Source: a virus. Taken from it: 64,000 nucleotides of DNA. Location: the IMG/VR virus record IMGVR_UViG_3300022839_000006, positions 29,896 to 93,895 of that record; one strand, 5' to 3'. The notes beneath the pieces are model-generated. The model did not search any database and was not told the origin of the DNA. It worked only from the letters and a program-made list of their open reading frames with translations. The translations under genes were made by a program, and so were the position numbers. Shown in pieces: positions 1 through 9,780 of this stretch (its first letter is position 1; each line of letters opens with the position of its first letter).

Positions 1-1
1 T

Positions 2-457
2 GGGATCGGTGTTCACTCTTACAACGACGTCAAAATCTCCAATTTACTGAGACAAATATCTGATGAACAAGCATTGTGTCTTCAACAGAATGTGTATTTT
101 GAAGCGCGCAACCAGAGTAGTCTCGGGCAACGTGCTGTTGCATGGGTTACTCTGAACCGTGTCAAACACACAAGATATCCTGATACCATTTGTGATGTTG
201 TGTGGCAAACAAAACAGTTCAGCTGGACACATGACGGCAAACCAGATCGGCCATCAACGGGTGTAGTTGAACAGCGCGCATGGGAAAAGGCAAAAACAGT
301 TGCCAACAAGGCACTGATTCGTTGGCTCCAAGACGAAGAGGGTCCTGTCGAAAGTGCAACAATGTTCCACGCTGACTACGTGACGCCCTTTTGGACAAGC
401 AGCTACGATCGTGTAGCCCAGATCGACGCACACATTTTTTATAGTTCCGACCGTTGA
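2..457 (+). CDS. SleB-like cell wall hydrolase; open reading frame runs from the window edge and is 5' partial
   Basis: Frame is open from base 2. Contains VAWVTLNRV...YPDTICDVVWQTKQFSW, typical of SleB-family N-acetylmuramoyl-L-alanine amidase / cell wall hydrolase domains. Confidence 0.6.
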   Translation, partial: GIGVHSYNDVKISNLLRQISDEQALCLQQNVYFEARNQSSLGQRAVAWVTLNRVKHTRYPDTICDVVWQTKQFSWTHDGKPDRPSTGVVEQRAWEKAKTVANKALIRWLQDEEGPVESATMFHADYVTPFWTSSYDRVAQIDAHIFYSSDR

Positions 458-503
458 TTGACCACTCACTACATAATGTGATATACTGGAGCTCTATGAC
501 ACC

Positions 504-782
504 ATGAGAATAACGATAGACGACATCACATACGAATCTGTATACTATCCATATTACCGCCTAGAAAAGAATGACGATTTCTCTGTTTATGGGATCAGAT
601 ATCCGTCAGGGTTTAATGAGACAGTGTTGGTGTTTGGTGTGGACGAACCCTTGAAAGAACTCCACGTATATTCTGAATTTCTCATAAGGGAATATGCTTT
701 GGAAGATGATGATGCTTTGACACCGCGTGCAATGAGATTAAAGCAAGATGTAAAAGACTTGTTTGTAGTCGTGGTGCCATGA
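504..782 (+). CDS. hypothetical protein
   Basis: 92-aa ORF in a co-directional tightly packed array; stop overlaps next start. Confidence 0.4.
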   Translation: MRITIDDITYESVYYPYYRLEKNDDFSVYGIRYPSGFNETVLVFGVDEPLKELHVYSEFLIREYALEDDDALTPRAMRLKQDVKDLFVVVVP

Positions 783-1132
783 TTGAATTTAGAATTCTTG
801 TCTGTGGTGGTAGATACTATGGTGACAGATATAAGGTTTGTAGTGTGTTGGACAGTGCAACAAAAGCTGTTGGTGACGTAATTATTATACACGGCGCTGC
901 GACAGGAGCAGACACACTTGCAGCAGAATGGGCCAAAGATCGTGGTTTTGAGGCCGAGGCCTACCCTGCTGATTGGGCCAAATACAAAAAATCTGCAGGA
1001 TTTGTACGAAACACGTTGATGCTCAAACAAGGTAGACCTAAATTGGTGATAGCATTCCCTGGCGGAATTGGCACAAAAATGATGATCGGTCTTGCCGAAA
1101 AAGCTAATGTTCCTACAAGGATATACACATGA
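779..1132 (+). CDS. DUF2493 / SLOG-family Rossmann-like protein
   Basis: ILVCGGRYYGDR...IIHGAATGADTLAAEWAK...AFPGGIGT matches the phage-associated DUF2493 pattern as I recall it. Confidence 0.5.
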   Translation: MIEFRILVCGGRYYGDRYKVCSVLDSATKAVGDVIIIHGAATGADTLAAEWAKDRGFEAEAYPADWAKYKKSAGFVRNTLMLKQGRPKLVIAFPGGIGTKMMIGLAEKANVPTRIYT

Positions 1133-1413
1133 TAGATACTTATACTAAGATAGCATGCATTGTGTGCTCAAAAGAGCTTCACAATTTGAACCGCAATACT
1201 AGAGATGGAATACCGATTGAAGTGCATCCTATGTCTGGATTGCACTTCTCGACAAGTGGACATTACGGATCAGGAATATTCGATCCAATGGGCACACGAG
1301 AAACACTTGATGTTGCTATTTGTGACAAATGTGTGATGGAAAACCTTGATAAAGTTCGTGGTACAGGTAAAGCAGGCTTGTTAGATGTCGACACGGACGA
1401 TTTGGATCTTTAA
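1129..1413 (+). CDS. hypothetical protein with Cys pairs (CxxC...CDKC)
   Basis: 94-aa ORF, ATGA overlap with upstream gene. Confidence 0.45.
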   Translation: MIDTYTKIACIVCSKELHNLNRNTRDGIPIEVHPMSGLHFSTSGHYGSGIFDPMGTRETLDVAICDKCVMENLDKVRGTGKAGLLDVDTDDLDL

Positions 1414-1517
1414 CCAAATCGTCCTCGCTTGTATTATGTATAAGTGTTGATGTACAATTAAACTAATAGAATACAGGACCGTAAACCCAGGTTTGATAAT
1501 ACAAAGGCGTTAAAATA

Positions 1518-1892
1518 ATGTTCGATATAGAAAAACTCAAAGTTGGTGATGTCTTCTTTTCCATAGACGAAGATAACAATATCATACGTCGTAAAAAAAT
1601 CCACAAAGTGATTGATGGCCAAGATTGGTGGAGATATGATATCCATATAAGAACATATTCAATCGCCACGCACGAGGTACTTGGAATTGTGAGATCCACG
1701 CTGCAGGGTGTGTGGATCGAAGGCGGTGCGTGGGATCTACTCGCGAAACATCATGTTAAAACCGAAAGTCGTGGTGAAACCTCGTCCTATTTTATAACAG
1801 ATGATGAACCGGAACATGGATATTTCCATCGCAAATCAGACGCGACGGAAGCAATGAAACTTCTAGAATTTGAGGCGAGGGGCGCGGCGTAA
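1518..1892 (+). CDS. hypothetical protein
   Basis: 124-aa ORF, AAAATAATG start context. Confidence 0.45.
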   Translation: MFDIEKLKVGDVFFSIDEDNNIIRRKKIHKVIDGQDWWRYDIHIRTYSIATHEVLGIVRSTLQGVWIEGGAWDLLAKHHVKTESRGETSSYFITDDEPEHGYFHRKSDATEAMKLLEFEARGAA

Positions 1893-2050
1893 GTGTTTGT
1901 TTTTGAACAGGTTCGCAAAGCTACCAAGTAAAACGAAAAGTCCTACGTACGACGAGTATCGTAGTCTGACACAGTTAGGCGAGCTTTCAAGCACCAAGGT
2001 GCTTGAGCTACATATAGGCACTATTAAGAAATCCAAACGGAGACAAACAA

Positions 2051-2776
2051 GTGAAAGTGAAAATAGGAAAATATACATCTTGGTTCGGTCCATATCAACT
2101 TGCAAGTGCACTTTGTTTTTGGGCCAAACCTGTCAAAGATGAACATGACATGATGGGCGAACCTGATTGGGTTCATAAGTTTGGTGAAATGCTCGCTTAT
2201 GGAAGCGCTGCGCCTGAATCAGATGATCTTGTCTGGGAGGATAAACGTCGTAAAACGTGGCTGTATAGATTTCTCGATTGGATCCAATCAAAAAAGAAAC
2301 GCAAGGTGATTGTGAAGCTTGAGCCTTATGATACGTGGTCAATGGACAATACACTTGCTCTAATCATCTTGCCTATGTTGAAACAGATTTTGGACCAGAA
2401 ACATGGTTCACCGTTTGTAGATCATGAAGACGTCCCTTTGGAAATGAGACCAACAAAGGAACAATATGATGGGCACATGGAAACAGGAGACACAGATCTA
2501 GACCCACTGTTTCACGACCGTTGGACCCATGTAATATCTGAAATGATTTTTGCTTTTGAAACAGAGGCAGGGTCCACACAAAACTGGGAAGAAGGTTTTG
2601 TCACTGGGCACAACGACGCGAGATTCGAAAAGATTGATGAAGAAGGTACACTAGAGCTTGTATACGGACCTGATCATACAGAAGTGATAGATCAAGAGTC
2701 CCGGGACCAATACCAACAACGGATTCAAAACGGATTCAGACTTTTTGGCAAGTATTATTCGAATCTTTGGTCATGA
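2051..2776 (+). CDS. hypothetical protein
   Basis: 241-aa ORF with GTG start; no recognisable motif. Confidence 0.45.
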   Translation: MKVKIGKYTSWFGPYQLASALCFWAKPVKDEHDMMGEPDWVHKFGEMLAYGSAAPESDDLVWEDKRRKTWLYRFLDWIQSKKKRKVIVKLEPYDTWSMDNTLALIILPMLKQILDQKHGSPFVDHEDVPLEMRPTKEQYDGHMETGDTDLDPLFHDRWTHVISEMIFAFETEAGSTQNWEEGFVTGHNDARFEKIDEEGTLELVYGPDHTEVIDQESRDQYQQRIQNGFRLFGKYYSNLWS

Positions 2777-2993
2777 AAAGAAAATTTCCCATCCTAATTA
2801 AAAGCAAAGGCTGTTCATCTTCTGGAAAGCTGACTGTTAAATGTGTGTCTTCAAGTTGCATCACGTAGTTATACAGTTTCAAAGAGCTCCTTAAAGGACT
2901 AAATATGTGCAGAAGAGGCAAAGCATACACGGTGGAGTTTTAGTATGAAAACCACGACTACCTCTCGTGAATGTGTGTACTGTAAAAGGGTAG

Positions 2994-3410
2994 ATGGAAA
3001 TGGTTAAAGTGATTTGGTTTGTGTTGGGGATTCTGCTTCTCGGTGTTGCATATCTTGGCGTAGTCCTACCAGGAATCCCATGGAGCACACCTGCTGTGGG
3101 TGCTGCTTATTGTTTTGCAAAATCCAGCACAAGGATGCACAAATGGATATACAGTCACAAATTGTTTGGTCCTTTCTTGGTTGGTTGGCAAGAAAAAAGA
3201 ATATTTCCACTAAGATTCAAGTTTTTTATGGTAGCAACAATGTCAACTTCACTAATATCTCTGTGGTTCACTACAGGTAACATACTTGCAGTGATGTGGT
3301 CTGGTGGGTTTATGTTGTTGGTTGGGATTTGGGGTTGGAGATACCCAAGTTCGGACGACGAACACCAAAAAAGAGTAAAAAATCAAAAACGTATAGGGTG
3401 GTTAAAATAG
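2994..3410 (+). CDS. DUF454/YbaN-like inner-membrane protein
   Basis: Hydrophobic N-terminus with LPGIPW motif and a second pair of TM segments, as in YbaN/DUF454. Confidence 0.5.
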   Translation: MEMVKVIWFVLGILLLGVAYLGVVLPGIPWSTPAVGAAYCFAKSSTRMHKWIYSHKLFGPFLVGWQEKRIFPLRFKFFMVATMSTSLISLWFTTGNILAVMWSGGFMLLVGIWGWRYPSSDDEHQKRVKNQKRIGWLK

Positions 3411-3532
3411 ATGGAAATGGTGCGCTAAATATGTTATATACTGCATCGAACCACCTTCAATTTCGATGCAGTATATAACGTTGGCTATTAATAATCAGTG
3501 GACTGTGTGTCCGCGTACAATTGAAGGAAAAA

Positions 3533-4143
3533 CAATGAGTAAAAAAGCATCAAATTTCGACTTGGCTGATATTTTTGGCAAGCAGACAAAACAAGACGAC
3601 AAAAGTTTCTGTAAGCCTATTGTGCACATACACGAATTTTATCTGAGCGGTGTGATAGAATCCGCTGATGCTTATATCCAGTGGTTTGACACAATTCGCC
3701 ATGCTGGGTCCAACGACGCAATAAAAATATACATAAATTCGTATGGTGGAGATATAAATACTGCAATTCAAATGTTGAGAATTCTTAACGATACAGAAGC
3801 GACCGTAATTGTATCTATCGAAGGTGCGTGTATGTCGGCAGCTACTATGGTGTTGATGGTAGCGGACAGTGTTGAAGTTTCACCACATTCGCAAATTATG
3901 TTCCACAACTATTCAGGTGGTACTATCGGAAAGGGCAGTGATATGCATTCGCAGATAGAATTCGAAAGAATGTGGTCTATCAAACTGATGAACGGTGTGT
4001 ATGAAGACTTTCTGTCGAAAGAAGAAATCCAAAAACTTTTAGATGGTAGTGATTTGTGGATGGATGGCGACGAAGTTGTTAAGCGATTGGAAGCAAAAAA
4101 CAAGAAAGATAAACCTAAGTCCAAGTCCAAGAAAAAATCATAA
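3533..4143 (+). CDS. ClpP-like (S14) serine peptidase, stand-alone
   Basis: SYGGDINTAIQMLRIL, catalytic Ser region EGACMSAATMV and His region IMFHNYSGGTIG align to the ClpP GxASMG / MIHQPxGG motifs; Lys-rich tail. Start taken at MSKKAS (RBS GGAAAAACA), not the upstream in-frame ATG. Confidence 0.6.
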
Positions 4144-4218
4144 GAACAAACTAAAATATGCACATGCCTGTTGACAAGCCCCACGAATTATCATATAAAA
4201 TAGATAAAGAAAAGGGGA

Positions 4219-4478
4219 TGTCAATGCGTATCACTGCTGAAAATATCACTTCTATCGCAATCGGAACCAGAGTTGTTATGAACTGGGGTGCATACTACCC
4301 AACAGAAGAAGGTCTTGTAGTTGATTATAAAATTGTACCTCCTTCGAAATTCTTTCCAGCCAAATACGTGGTTGTTGTAGAAGGTTCTAACGGTCGAATC
4401 CACGACACGTCAGAATTTATAAATTCCGGAGTGGGTGTTTATCTTGAGAGTGTTTTTATGCAACCGAAAAGCTACTAA
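4219..4478 (+). CDS. hypothetical protein
   Basis: ORF with GGGG RBS before the MSMRITAEN start. Confidence 0.45.
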
Positions 4479-4607
4479 GAAATAGCGTAACCCACTGCGC
4501 AGAAAGAAAAGATAACGATTTTGGATTTAATTTGGATGCTATCCCAGCGCTCACTGACCTGCAACAACAACACTGTATCAAGATCTGTGCCATTAGGAGG
4601 ATAAAAG

Positions 4608-4817
4608 ATGACAAATAATCGCAGTCGCATTGCTACTCTCATGCAGGTTAGTTCGGCAATAACAGTTGATGAAATTTCTGAGATAACAGGAATTTCTACT
4701 CTGGAAGCGCAGGAAATACTGATAACAATGGACGATGATGGAGACGTGTTGATGCGTAACGGATTTTACCGCGCATCTGAATTACTCAAGACCAAGAGAA
4801 TACAACAAGGAAAATAA
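4608..4817 (+). CDS. small hypothetical protein (possible winged-helix DNA binding)
   Basis: 69-aa ORF, RBS AGGAGGATAAAAGATG. Confidence 0.45.
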   Translation: MTNNRSRIATLMQVSSAITVDEISEITGISTLEAQEILITMDDDGDVLMRNGFYRASELLKTKRIQQGK

Positions 4818-4821
4818 TCAG

Positions 4822-5004
4822 ATGAGACTTTTTTTTACTGAGCACACAATAATCAATTTAAATTCGATTTGCTCTGTTGACATCAAAAATAACATCGTCA
4901 ACACCGTGGACGGTAACCATACAGTAATGCTGAGTCTACAAGAAACAAAAAATCTCGTTTCTGCCCTGAGAGAGATCCACAATCAAAACTATCGAAGAAC
5001 ATGA
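4822..5004 (+). CDS. small hypothetical protein
   Basis: 60-aa ORF immediately after upstream stop. Confidence 0.3.
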   Translation: MRLFFTEHTIINLNSICSVDIKNNIVNTVDGNHTVMLSLQETKNLVSALREIHNQNYRRT

Positions 5005-5184
5005 TCGAATTCGTACCGTGATGGTCGGCATGCCTGTTGCATGAAAAATATCCCATTAACAAGCATGTATTGCCCCACATGTTAATGAAGGGCTCGGTAA
5101 TTATGCCTCTGTTGGTAATTATGGTAGATGTGGGCGATTAATACGCACACAAAAGAATTTTGATGTAAAACAAAGGAACGCACC

Positions 5185-5349
5185 TTGATACACTTTCTAA
5201 TTGTACTTGCCGCACCTATTATCGCACTTGCGGTAGGTTATTTGTATGGCTGCAATAATATCGAACCAGATTTCGATTGGAAAAATGACGATGCTCTTGA
5301 AAATAAAACTACTGAAGAAATTCAGGCAGAAATTGAAGCACTAGCATAA
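5185..5349 (+). CDS. small membrane protein, TTG start (not in ORF track, <60 aa)
   Basis: AAAGGAA RBS 7 nt before TTG; a single TM helix then an acidic tail; followed by a 12-bp-stem hairpin. Confidence 0.3.
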   Translation: MIHFLIVLAAPIIALAVGYLYGCNNIEPDFDWKNDDALENKTTEEIQAEIEALA

Positions 5350-5453
5350 TACAAAGCCAAATGGCAACAGTGTGATGTTGTTGCCATTTGAAAATCCAAG
5401 AAACAAAAAATGTTTTTATTTTGGCATGACGCCAGTGTAAGGATTGGAGCAAA

Positions 5454-6137
5454 ATGAGTAAAACAAGATATATAGGCGATGTGCACGGCCACGTTCATGA
5501 ACTACAACTGGTCCTAAACAATCTTCCTGAGGACGTCACGTCTGTTGTTCAAGTTGGTGACATGGGCGTGGGGTTTGGCAAAGGCGAATATTGGCACACG
5601 TCTCTTGATGAAATGATGGTCCACAACAATGCAAAATTCATTCGAGGAAATCACGACTCGCCCGATGAATGCAAGAAGATGGAATCGTGGATTCCTGATT
5701 CAACAGTTATTAATGATGTAATGTATGTGGGAGGCGCGTGGTCAATTGACCACCATTGGAGGACTATGGGGATTAATATTTGGGAGGATGAAGAGCTCTC
5801 TTATACTGATCTAGACATTGCTATCGACACGTTTAAATTTGCACGGCCAAGAGTAATGGTTACACACGATTGTCCTGAAGAGATCTCTCTCGAACTGTTT
5901 ATCAAAACGGGAAACAGTATAGGCGGCGGAATCCAATTCAAAACTAGGACCGCATCTGCACTACAAACCATGTTCAAACATCACCAGCCTGATTTGCACA
6001 TTTTTGGTCATTGGCACACGGATGTTGATGAAGTTGTAAATGGGACAAGATTCATTTGTCTTGGCGAACTCAGTTATTGTGATGTGGACGACGACACTCT
6101 CGAAATTGTGTGGCAAAAAACGATCAGATCGTTTTAG
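5454..6137 (+). CDS. calcineurin-like metallophosphoesterase
   Basis: GDVHGH...GDMG...GNHD...GHWH motif series. Confidence 0.7.
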   Translation: MSKTRYIGDVHGHVHELQLVLNNLPEDVTSVVQVGDMGVGFGKGEYWHTSLDEMMVHNNAKFIRGNHDSPDECKKMESWIPDSTVINDVMYVGGAWSIDHHWRTMGINIWEDEELSYTDLDIAIDTFKFARPRVMVTHDCPEEISLELFIKTGNSIGGGIQFKTRTASALQTMFKHHQPDLHIFGHWHTDVDEVVNGTRFICLGELSYCDVDDDTLEIVWQKTIRSF

Positions 6138-6152
6138 AATTAAGGAGCAGGT

Positions 6153-6518
6153 ATGAGCAGTTACAGATTTGAGAATTGGGTCATTATAAAATTTAATAGT
6201 GCGGACCCACACTACAGAGTTCTTGGCGGAAGATCAGGCAGCTACCTTGATGGTAGCAGTTGGCGCATGAACAGCGGCGTCACAAGTGTTGAAAGTAGAA
6301 TTGACCATTACGTGAGTCAAGGCAAAAGGAAAGAATTCCTTTTGTATGAATTCTATGGTGCGAGCGGATCTTGTTACACATGCAACAAAGAATCTTACGG
6401 TCTCAAAATGAACAACGCACATGTTTGGAACGAGTTGGAAGAAATCTACGGCGATAAAGTCGAACTAATGGACGAAGATACAGATTGGCTGAACATGGAT
6501 TGGCTGATCAAAGCGTAG
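6153..6518 (+). CDS. hypothetical protein
   Basis: 121-aa ORF, RBS AAGGAGCAGGTATG. Confidence 0.5.
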   Translation: MSSYRFENWVIIKFNSADPHYRVLGGRSGSYLDGSSWRMNSGVTSVESRIDHYVSQGKRKEFLLYEFYGASGSCYTCNKESYGLKMNNAHVWNELEEIYGDKVELMDEDTDWLNMDWLIKA

Positions 6519-6523
6519 TATTA

Positions 6524-6904
6524 TTATGGGTTCCAGTATCCCATTTCTCCAGTTGTCGGATTGTAAACAGTGTAGAAGAAACCTGTAGGCAATGTGCTAG
6601 TTGGTGCTGTACCTGTGGTGTTTTCTCTAACTGGTTTGACAATTAGTGTATTTGCTACTACGTTGTCCAATTGGATGTTGGTTGCATTAATAACAATACT
6701 ATTCGCTGCTTGACTGGCCAACCCAGCTCTAGCACCAATTGCTATTGCAGCCGTGCCTTGATTGTTTCTGCCCGCTTCGATGCCTATTGCTATTGCTAAC
6801 GTGCCTTGGGATTGTGTTGCTGCATAATTACCAATCGCCACTGAACTCACCAGTTGTTGTACTTGACCAGCACTGTGGCCGATAGCAATGGCGTTTTCGT
6901 TTTG
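6524..6904 (-). pseudogene. tail-fibre-like repeat protein (AIAIG / Hep_Hag-like repeats) lacking a canonical start
   Basis: Open frame runs 22 codons above the only in-frame start (GTG at 6850) and continues the AIAIG repeat. The upstream promoter/RBS cassette copy has ACG where the paralogous cassette has ATG. Confidence 0.4.
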
Positions 6905-6945
6905 GTTGTCCTCTATGTATTTTTAAGATACTTTTATACTATTTC
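6903..6945 (-). promoter_or_regulatory. copy 2 of ~45-bp late promoter/RBS cassette (TATAAAAGTATCTTAA...ATAGAGGA)
   Basis: ~90% identical to 9010-9056; in this copy the start codon position holds ACG. Confidence 0.5.
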
Positions 6946-6960
6946 TTCTATGAGTTTGCT

Positions 6961-7860
6961 TTACCAAAACTTTAGTTTCTTGGCTGCTTTTTTAGCTGCA
7001 TTTGCCGTGGCTTTGGCTGCATCTTCTGCTGCTCTACCTGCCTCTGCCGCTGCTTTATCAGCTGCACGTTTTGCACCTGCGGCAGCTTTAGCGGCTGCAT
7101 CTGCTCGTCGCTGTGCTTCTTCAGCGGCTGCGTGTTCTGCGTCTGCCGCGGCTTTAGCAGCCCGCGAGGCTTCAGCAGCCCGCGAGGCTGCCGCCACTGC
7201 TGGCTTTGTATCTACGCTGACACTTAGGTCAACATCAACACCTGCTAGCACAGCAACTTCGCCACTTACTCCTATAGTAGCAACACCGTCGTCCATAGTT
7301 GCTCCGCCGCCAACTTCAGCACCTGCTTGAACACCGATACTTGTACCACCAGTTGCAGCACCACCATTGCCAGAGCTGTCATAAGCACTAGAAGTATTGT
7401 CAACACCTACACTTGCTCCAGCAGTTGCACCTGCATGGCCTTCTGCACCGTCTTTGCCGATTTGTGCAGATGCACCGGCACTTGCTCCTGCTTCTGCATG
7501 TACTGAGGTTTCATTCTTAACTTGAACACCCCCAACTTGTTGGCTTACACCAGCAGTTGCTTCTGCACTTGCACCAACTTCTGCACCAACTTCTGCATAA
7601 GCATTACCACCACTCACGCCTGCACTTGCACCAGCCTCAGCATGGGCCTCTGCACTAGCACCTGCTTCTACTGTTGTGTCCCCATATGATGTACTAGCAC
7701 CCGCCTCTACACTGACTCCAGCTCCTGCTGTCGCGGATGCTGTAGTGTCAGTTACTTCAGTGCTAGTTCCAGCATGTGCTTCTGTGCCGGCATGTGCTTC
7801 TAAGTTAACACCGCCTACATTTGTTTCTGCGCTTGTACCTGCTTCTACTTCTTTATTCAT
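6961..7860 (-). CDS. Ala/Gly-rich low-complexity protein with Ala-Lys/Arg-rich C-terminal helix
   Basis: AAGAGGA RBS before MNKEVEAG; 8-nt overlap with upstream gene. N-terminus has EAGAS-type repeats and the C-terminus reads AAKAAADAEHAAAEEAQRRADAAAKAAAGAKRAADKAAAEAGRAA. Confidence 0.5.
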   Translation of the reverse strand: MNKEVEAGTSAETNVGGVNLEAHAGTEAHAGTSTEVTDTTASATAGAGVSVEAGASTSYGDTTVEAGASAEAHAEAGASAGVSGGNAYAEVGAEVGASAEATAGVSQQVGGVQVKNETSVHAEAGASAGASAQIGKDGAEGHAGATAGASVGVDNTSSAYDSSGNGGAATGGTSIGVQAGAEVGGGATMDDGVATIGVSGEVAVLAGVDVDLSVSVDTKPAVAAASRAAEASRAAKAAADAEHAAAEEAQRRADAAAKAAAGAKRAADKAAAEAGRAAEDAAKATANAAKKAAKKLKFW

Positions 7861-8173
7861 TGTAATTGTCCTCTTCTTTTCTTTTTGCCAAAGCACTGCC
7901 TGTTAACAACGCACCAAACGCCAGATGAAACATACCAGCGCCTTTAAGTGTAAGTGGTTCATAAGGCGCCCACACTAATTCTATTAATTGCATTTGGATG
8001 TCATGATCTACTTCTGATTGTCCAAATACAGATGTATCTAATTGATCTCTGGTTGCTACAATCCAAGTAGGAATAATTACAAAATCAAATACACATATTA
8101 ATGCATATATGAGAGCAAGAAGAGGTTTCCAACCTTCATTTTTTTGTAGCCATACGAAAAATCTTTTCATCAC
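7853..8173 (-). CDS. small 2-TM membrane protein with charged C-terminus (holin-like topology)
   Basis: 106 aa, two hydrophobic segments, KRKEEDNYNE tail, AAGGAAT RBS. Confidence 0.45.
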   Translation of the reverse strand: MMKRFFVWLQKNEGWKPLLALIYALICVFDFVIIPTWIVATRDQLDTSVFGQSEVDHDIQMQLIELVWAPYEPLTLKGAGMFHLAFGALLTGSALAKRKEEDNYNE

Positions 8174-8283
8174 TATTCCTTATCATGTAATATTGATAGA
8201 TTTTTTATAATGATGAATCATTATCATTCTATCTCTCTTTGTTTAATTCTAATATATTGATGATACGTTATATAAACTGAATG

Positions 8284-9009
8284 TTAGATTCTAAAATCTG
8301 TGTACAAATCCGCAGTTGTTGTGCCAAAACTAGTAACGATCAATTGGCCTGTTGCATTGTTTTTTATGCTACCAGTCCCAAATCCACCTGTCGAATTAAT
8401 GTCGCTCACACCACTGTCTACGTCTAGATCAGTACCACTAGCATTTTTAAACATCACCACTACCTTCTTACCAAGAACAATGTTTGTATATGCCACGGTA
8501 ACAGTTTCTCCTGTTATTGTGGCCAATACGTAATTGTCAGTAGCGAAGTCAATTGTAAGTGTTGAATCAGCACCAAACGAACCTGCGTTGCGCGTCCCGC
8601 CTTTATACGTTGTTGCTGCAATCATTGCATTTGCGTCACGTGCAACAATTTTGTTAGCAGTTGGTGTAGCTGTCGCATCGACAGCTAGTGTCCCTGATGC
8701 AGTTATGGTACCATCTGAACTAATGTTGACACCTGGGCCTACTTTGATCCCGCCAATTCTATTCTCTGTTCCAGGAAGCAAATTCATGATGCTGCCGTCC
8801 ATGTTGAATTCAGGGCCTGGCTGGACAGAACCAAGCGTTGCTGCTGTTGCTGCTGCTATGGTCTGTGGTATGCCACCAACTGTTTCACCATCGGAAAGCC
8901 TTAACAGCCCTACGTCTAAATCGAAGAACATTTCACCCTTCACACCAATATAACTTGCAGCATCAGTGCCACCCATATTATCAGTAAAAATCTTTGATGT
9001 TGTGGTCAT
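8284..9009 (-). CDS. tail-fibre-like protein
   Basis: Gly/Thr/Ser-rich beta-type sequence (IGGIKVGPGVNISSDGTITASG); preceded by a TATAAAAG box and GAGGA RBS. Confidence 0.6.
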   Translation of the reverse strand: MTTTSKIFTDNMGGTDAASYIGVKGEMFFDLDVGLLRLSDGETVGGIPQTIAAATAATLGSVQPGPEFNMDGSIMNLLPGTENRIGGIKVGPGVNISSDGTITASGTLAVDATATPTANKIVARDANAMIAATTYKGGTRNAGSFGADSTLTIDFATDNYVLATITGETVTVAYTNIVLGKKVVVMFKNASGTDLDVDSGVSDINSTGGFGTGSIKNNATGQLIVTSFGTTTADLYTDFRI

Positions 9010-9056
9010 CTTGGTTATCCTCTATGCATCTTATTAAGATACTTTTATACTATTTA
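9010..9056 (-). promoter_or_regulatory. copy 1 of ~45-bp late promoter/RBS cassette driving the tail-fibre-like gene
   Basis: Minus strand reads AAATAGTATAAAAGTATCTTAATAAGATGCATAGAGGATAACCAAGATG. Confidence 0.5.
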
Positions 9057-9134
9057 TGTGTTTTGTAAATTTGATCGAATTGACATTAAGCTAAGTAGCC
9101 ATGTATTGTGAATGACACAAACAGGAGAATTACA

Positions 9135-9425
9135 ATGCCGTCTAATAAACATCTAAAGCATTCCTTAGATATAGCTTATGAAGATATCATGGCTTCTGAA
9201 CAGCTTGTCAAAATGGTCAGACAAGGTGGAAAATCAGAGCAACTAGCTCAATACATCAACTTTATTTTGTCTGAAAATGTAGAACATGTCAGACCCTTTT
9301 ACGATAATGTAAACACCAAGGGCTGGGAGTCAGTTGTCCCAGATCCAGATCCTTTTGTGAGACCTGTATCGAACCCATCAAAGAAAAAACGCAATCAACT
9401 ACGTGCAAAGCGAAAGAAAAAATAA
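9135..9425 (+). CDS. hypothetical protein with basic C-terminal tail
   Basis: RBS ACAGGAG before MPSNKHLK; C-terminus KKKRNQLRAKRKKK. Confidence 0.45.
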   Translation: MPSNKHLKHSLDIAYEDIMASEQLVKMVRQGGKSEQLAQYINFILSENVEHVRPFYDNVNTKGWESVVPDPDPFVRPVSNPSKKKRNQLRAKRKKK

Positions 9426-9464
9426 AAATGTCTGTCACTGTCTTGTTTAAAAGGAATTTGAAAA

Positions 9465-9641
9465 ATGTTCTACCGCTTTAATTCTGGAAATTTTGTAGAA
9501 GCTGACAGCTTCCAAGAAGCTCAAGAGATTGCTATCCACTTGATACAGCAAGAAACAGAAGAGCCTAGAAAATGGCACAAATGCACGTGCTTAGGCTTTC
9601 AACATCGAATTGGTTGTCCGGAACACAATTGGGTCGATTGA
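9465..9641 (+). CDS. small hypothetical protein (58 aa)
   Basis: AAAGGAA RBS; ORF checked by hand. Confidence 0.3.
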   Translation: MFYRFNSGNFVEADSFQEAQEIAIHLIQQETEEPRKWHKCTCLGFQHRIGCPEHNWVD

Positions 9642-9780
9642 ACAGCCAAAACCGCTGCACAAGAAATGATTGAGCATCTTGATGAAGTGTGGATTTGTTT
9701 GATGCTCTGCTAAATTGGTGGTTGACTTCGCCCTTTGCAAACGGTACAACTAAGGCATAGGCAAACAAGAGGACAATGAG

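Noticed and set aside
6854-7330. Plus-strand 158-aa Ala-rich ORF
   Set aside because: Mirror-image shadow of the minus-strand Ala/Gly-rich gene. The minus frame has the RBS, the operon context and the longer ORF.
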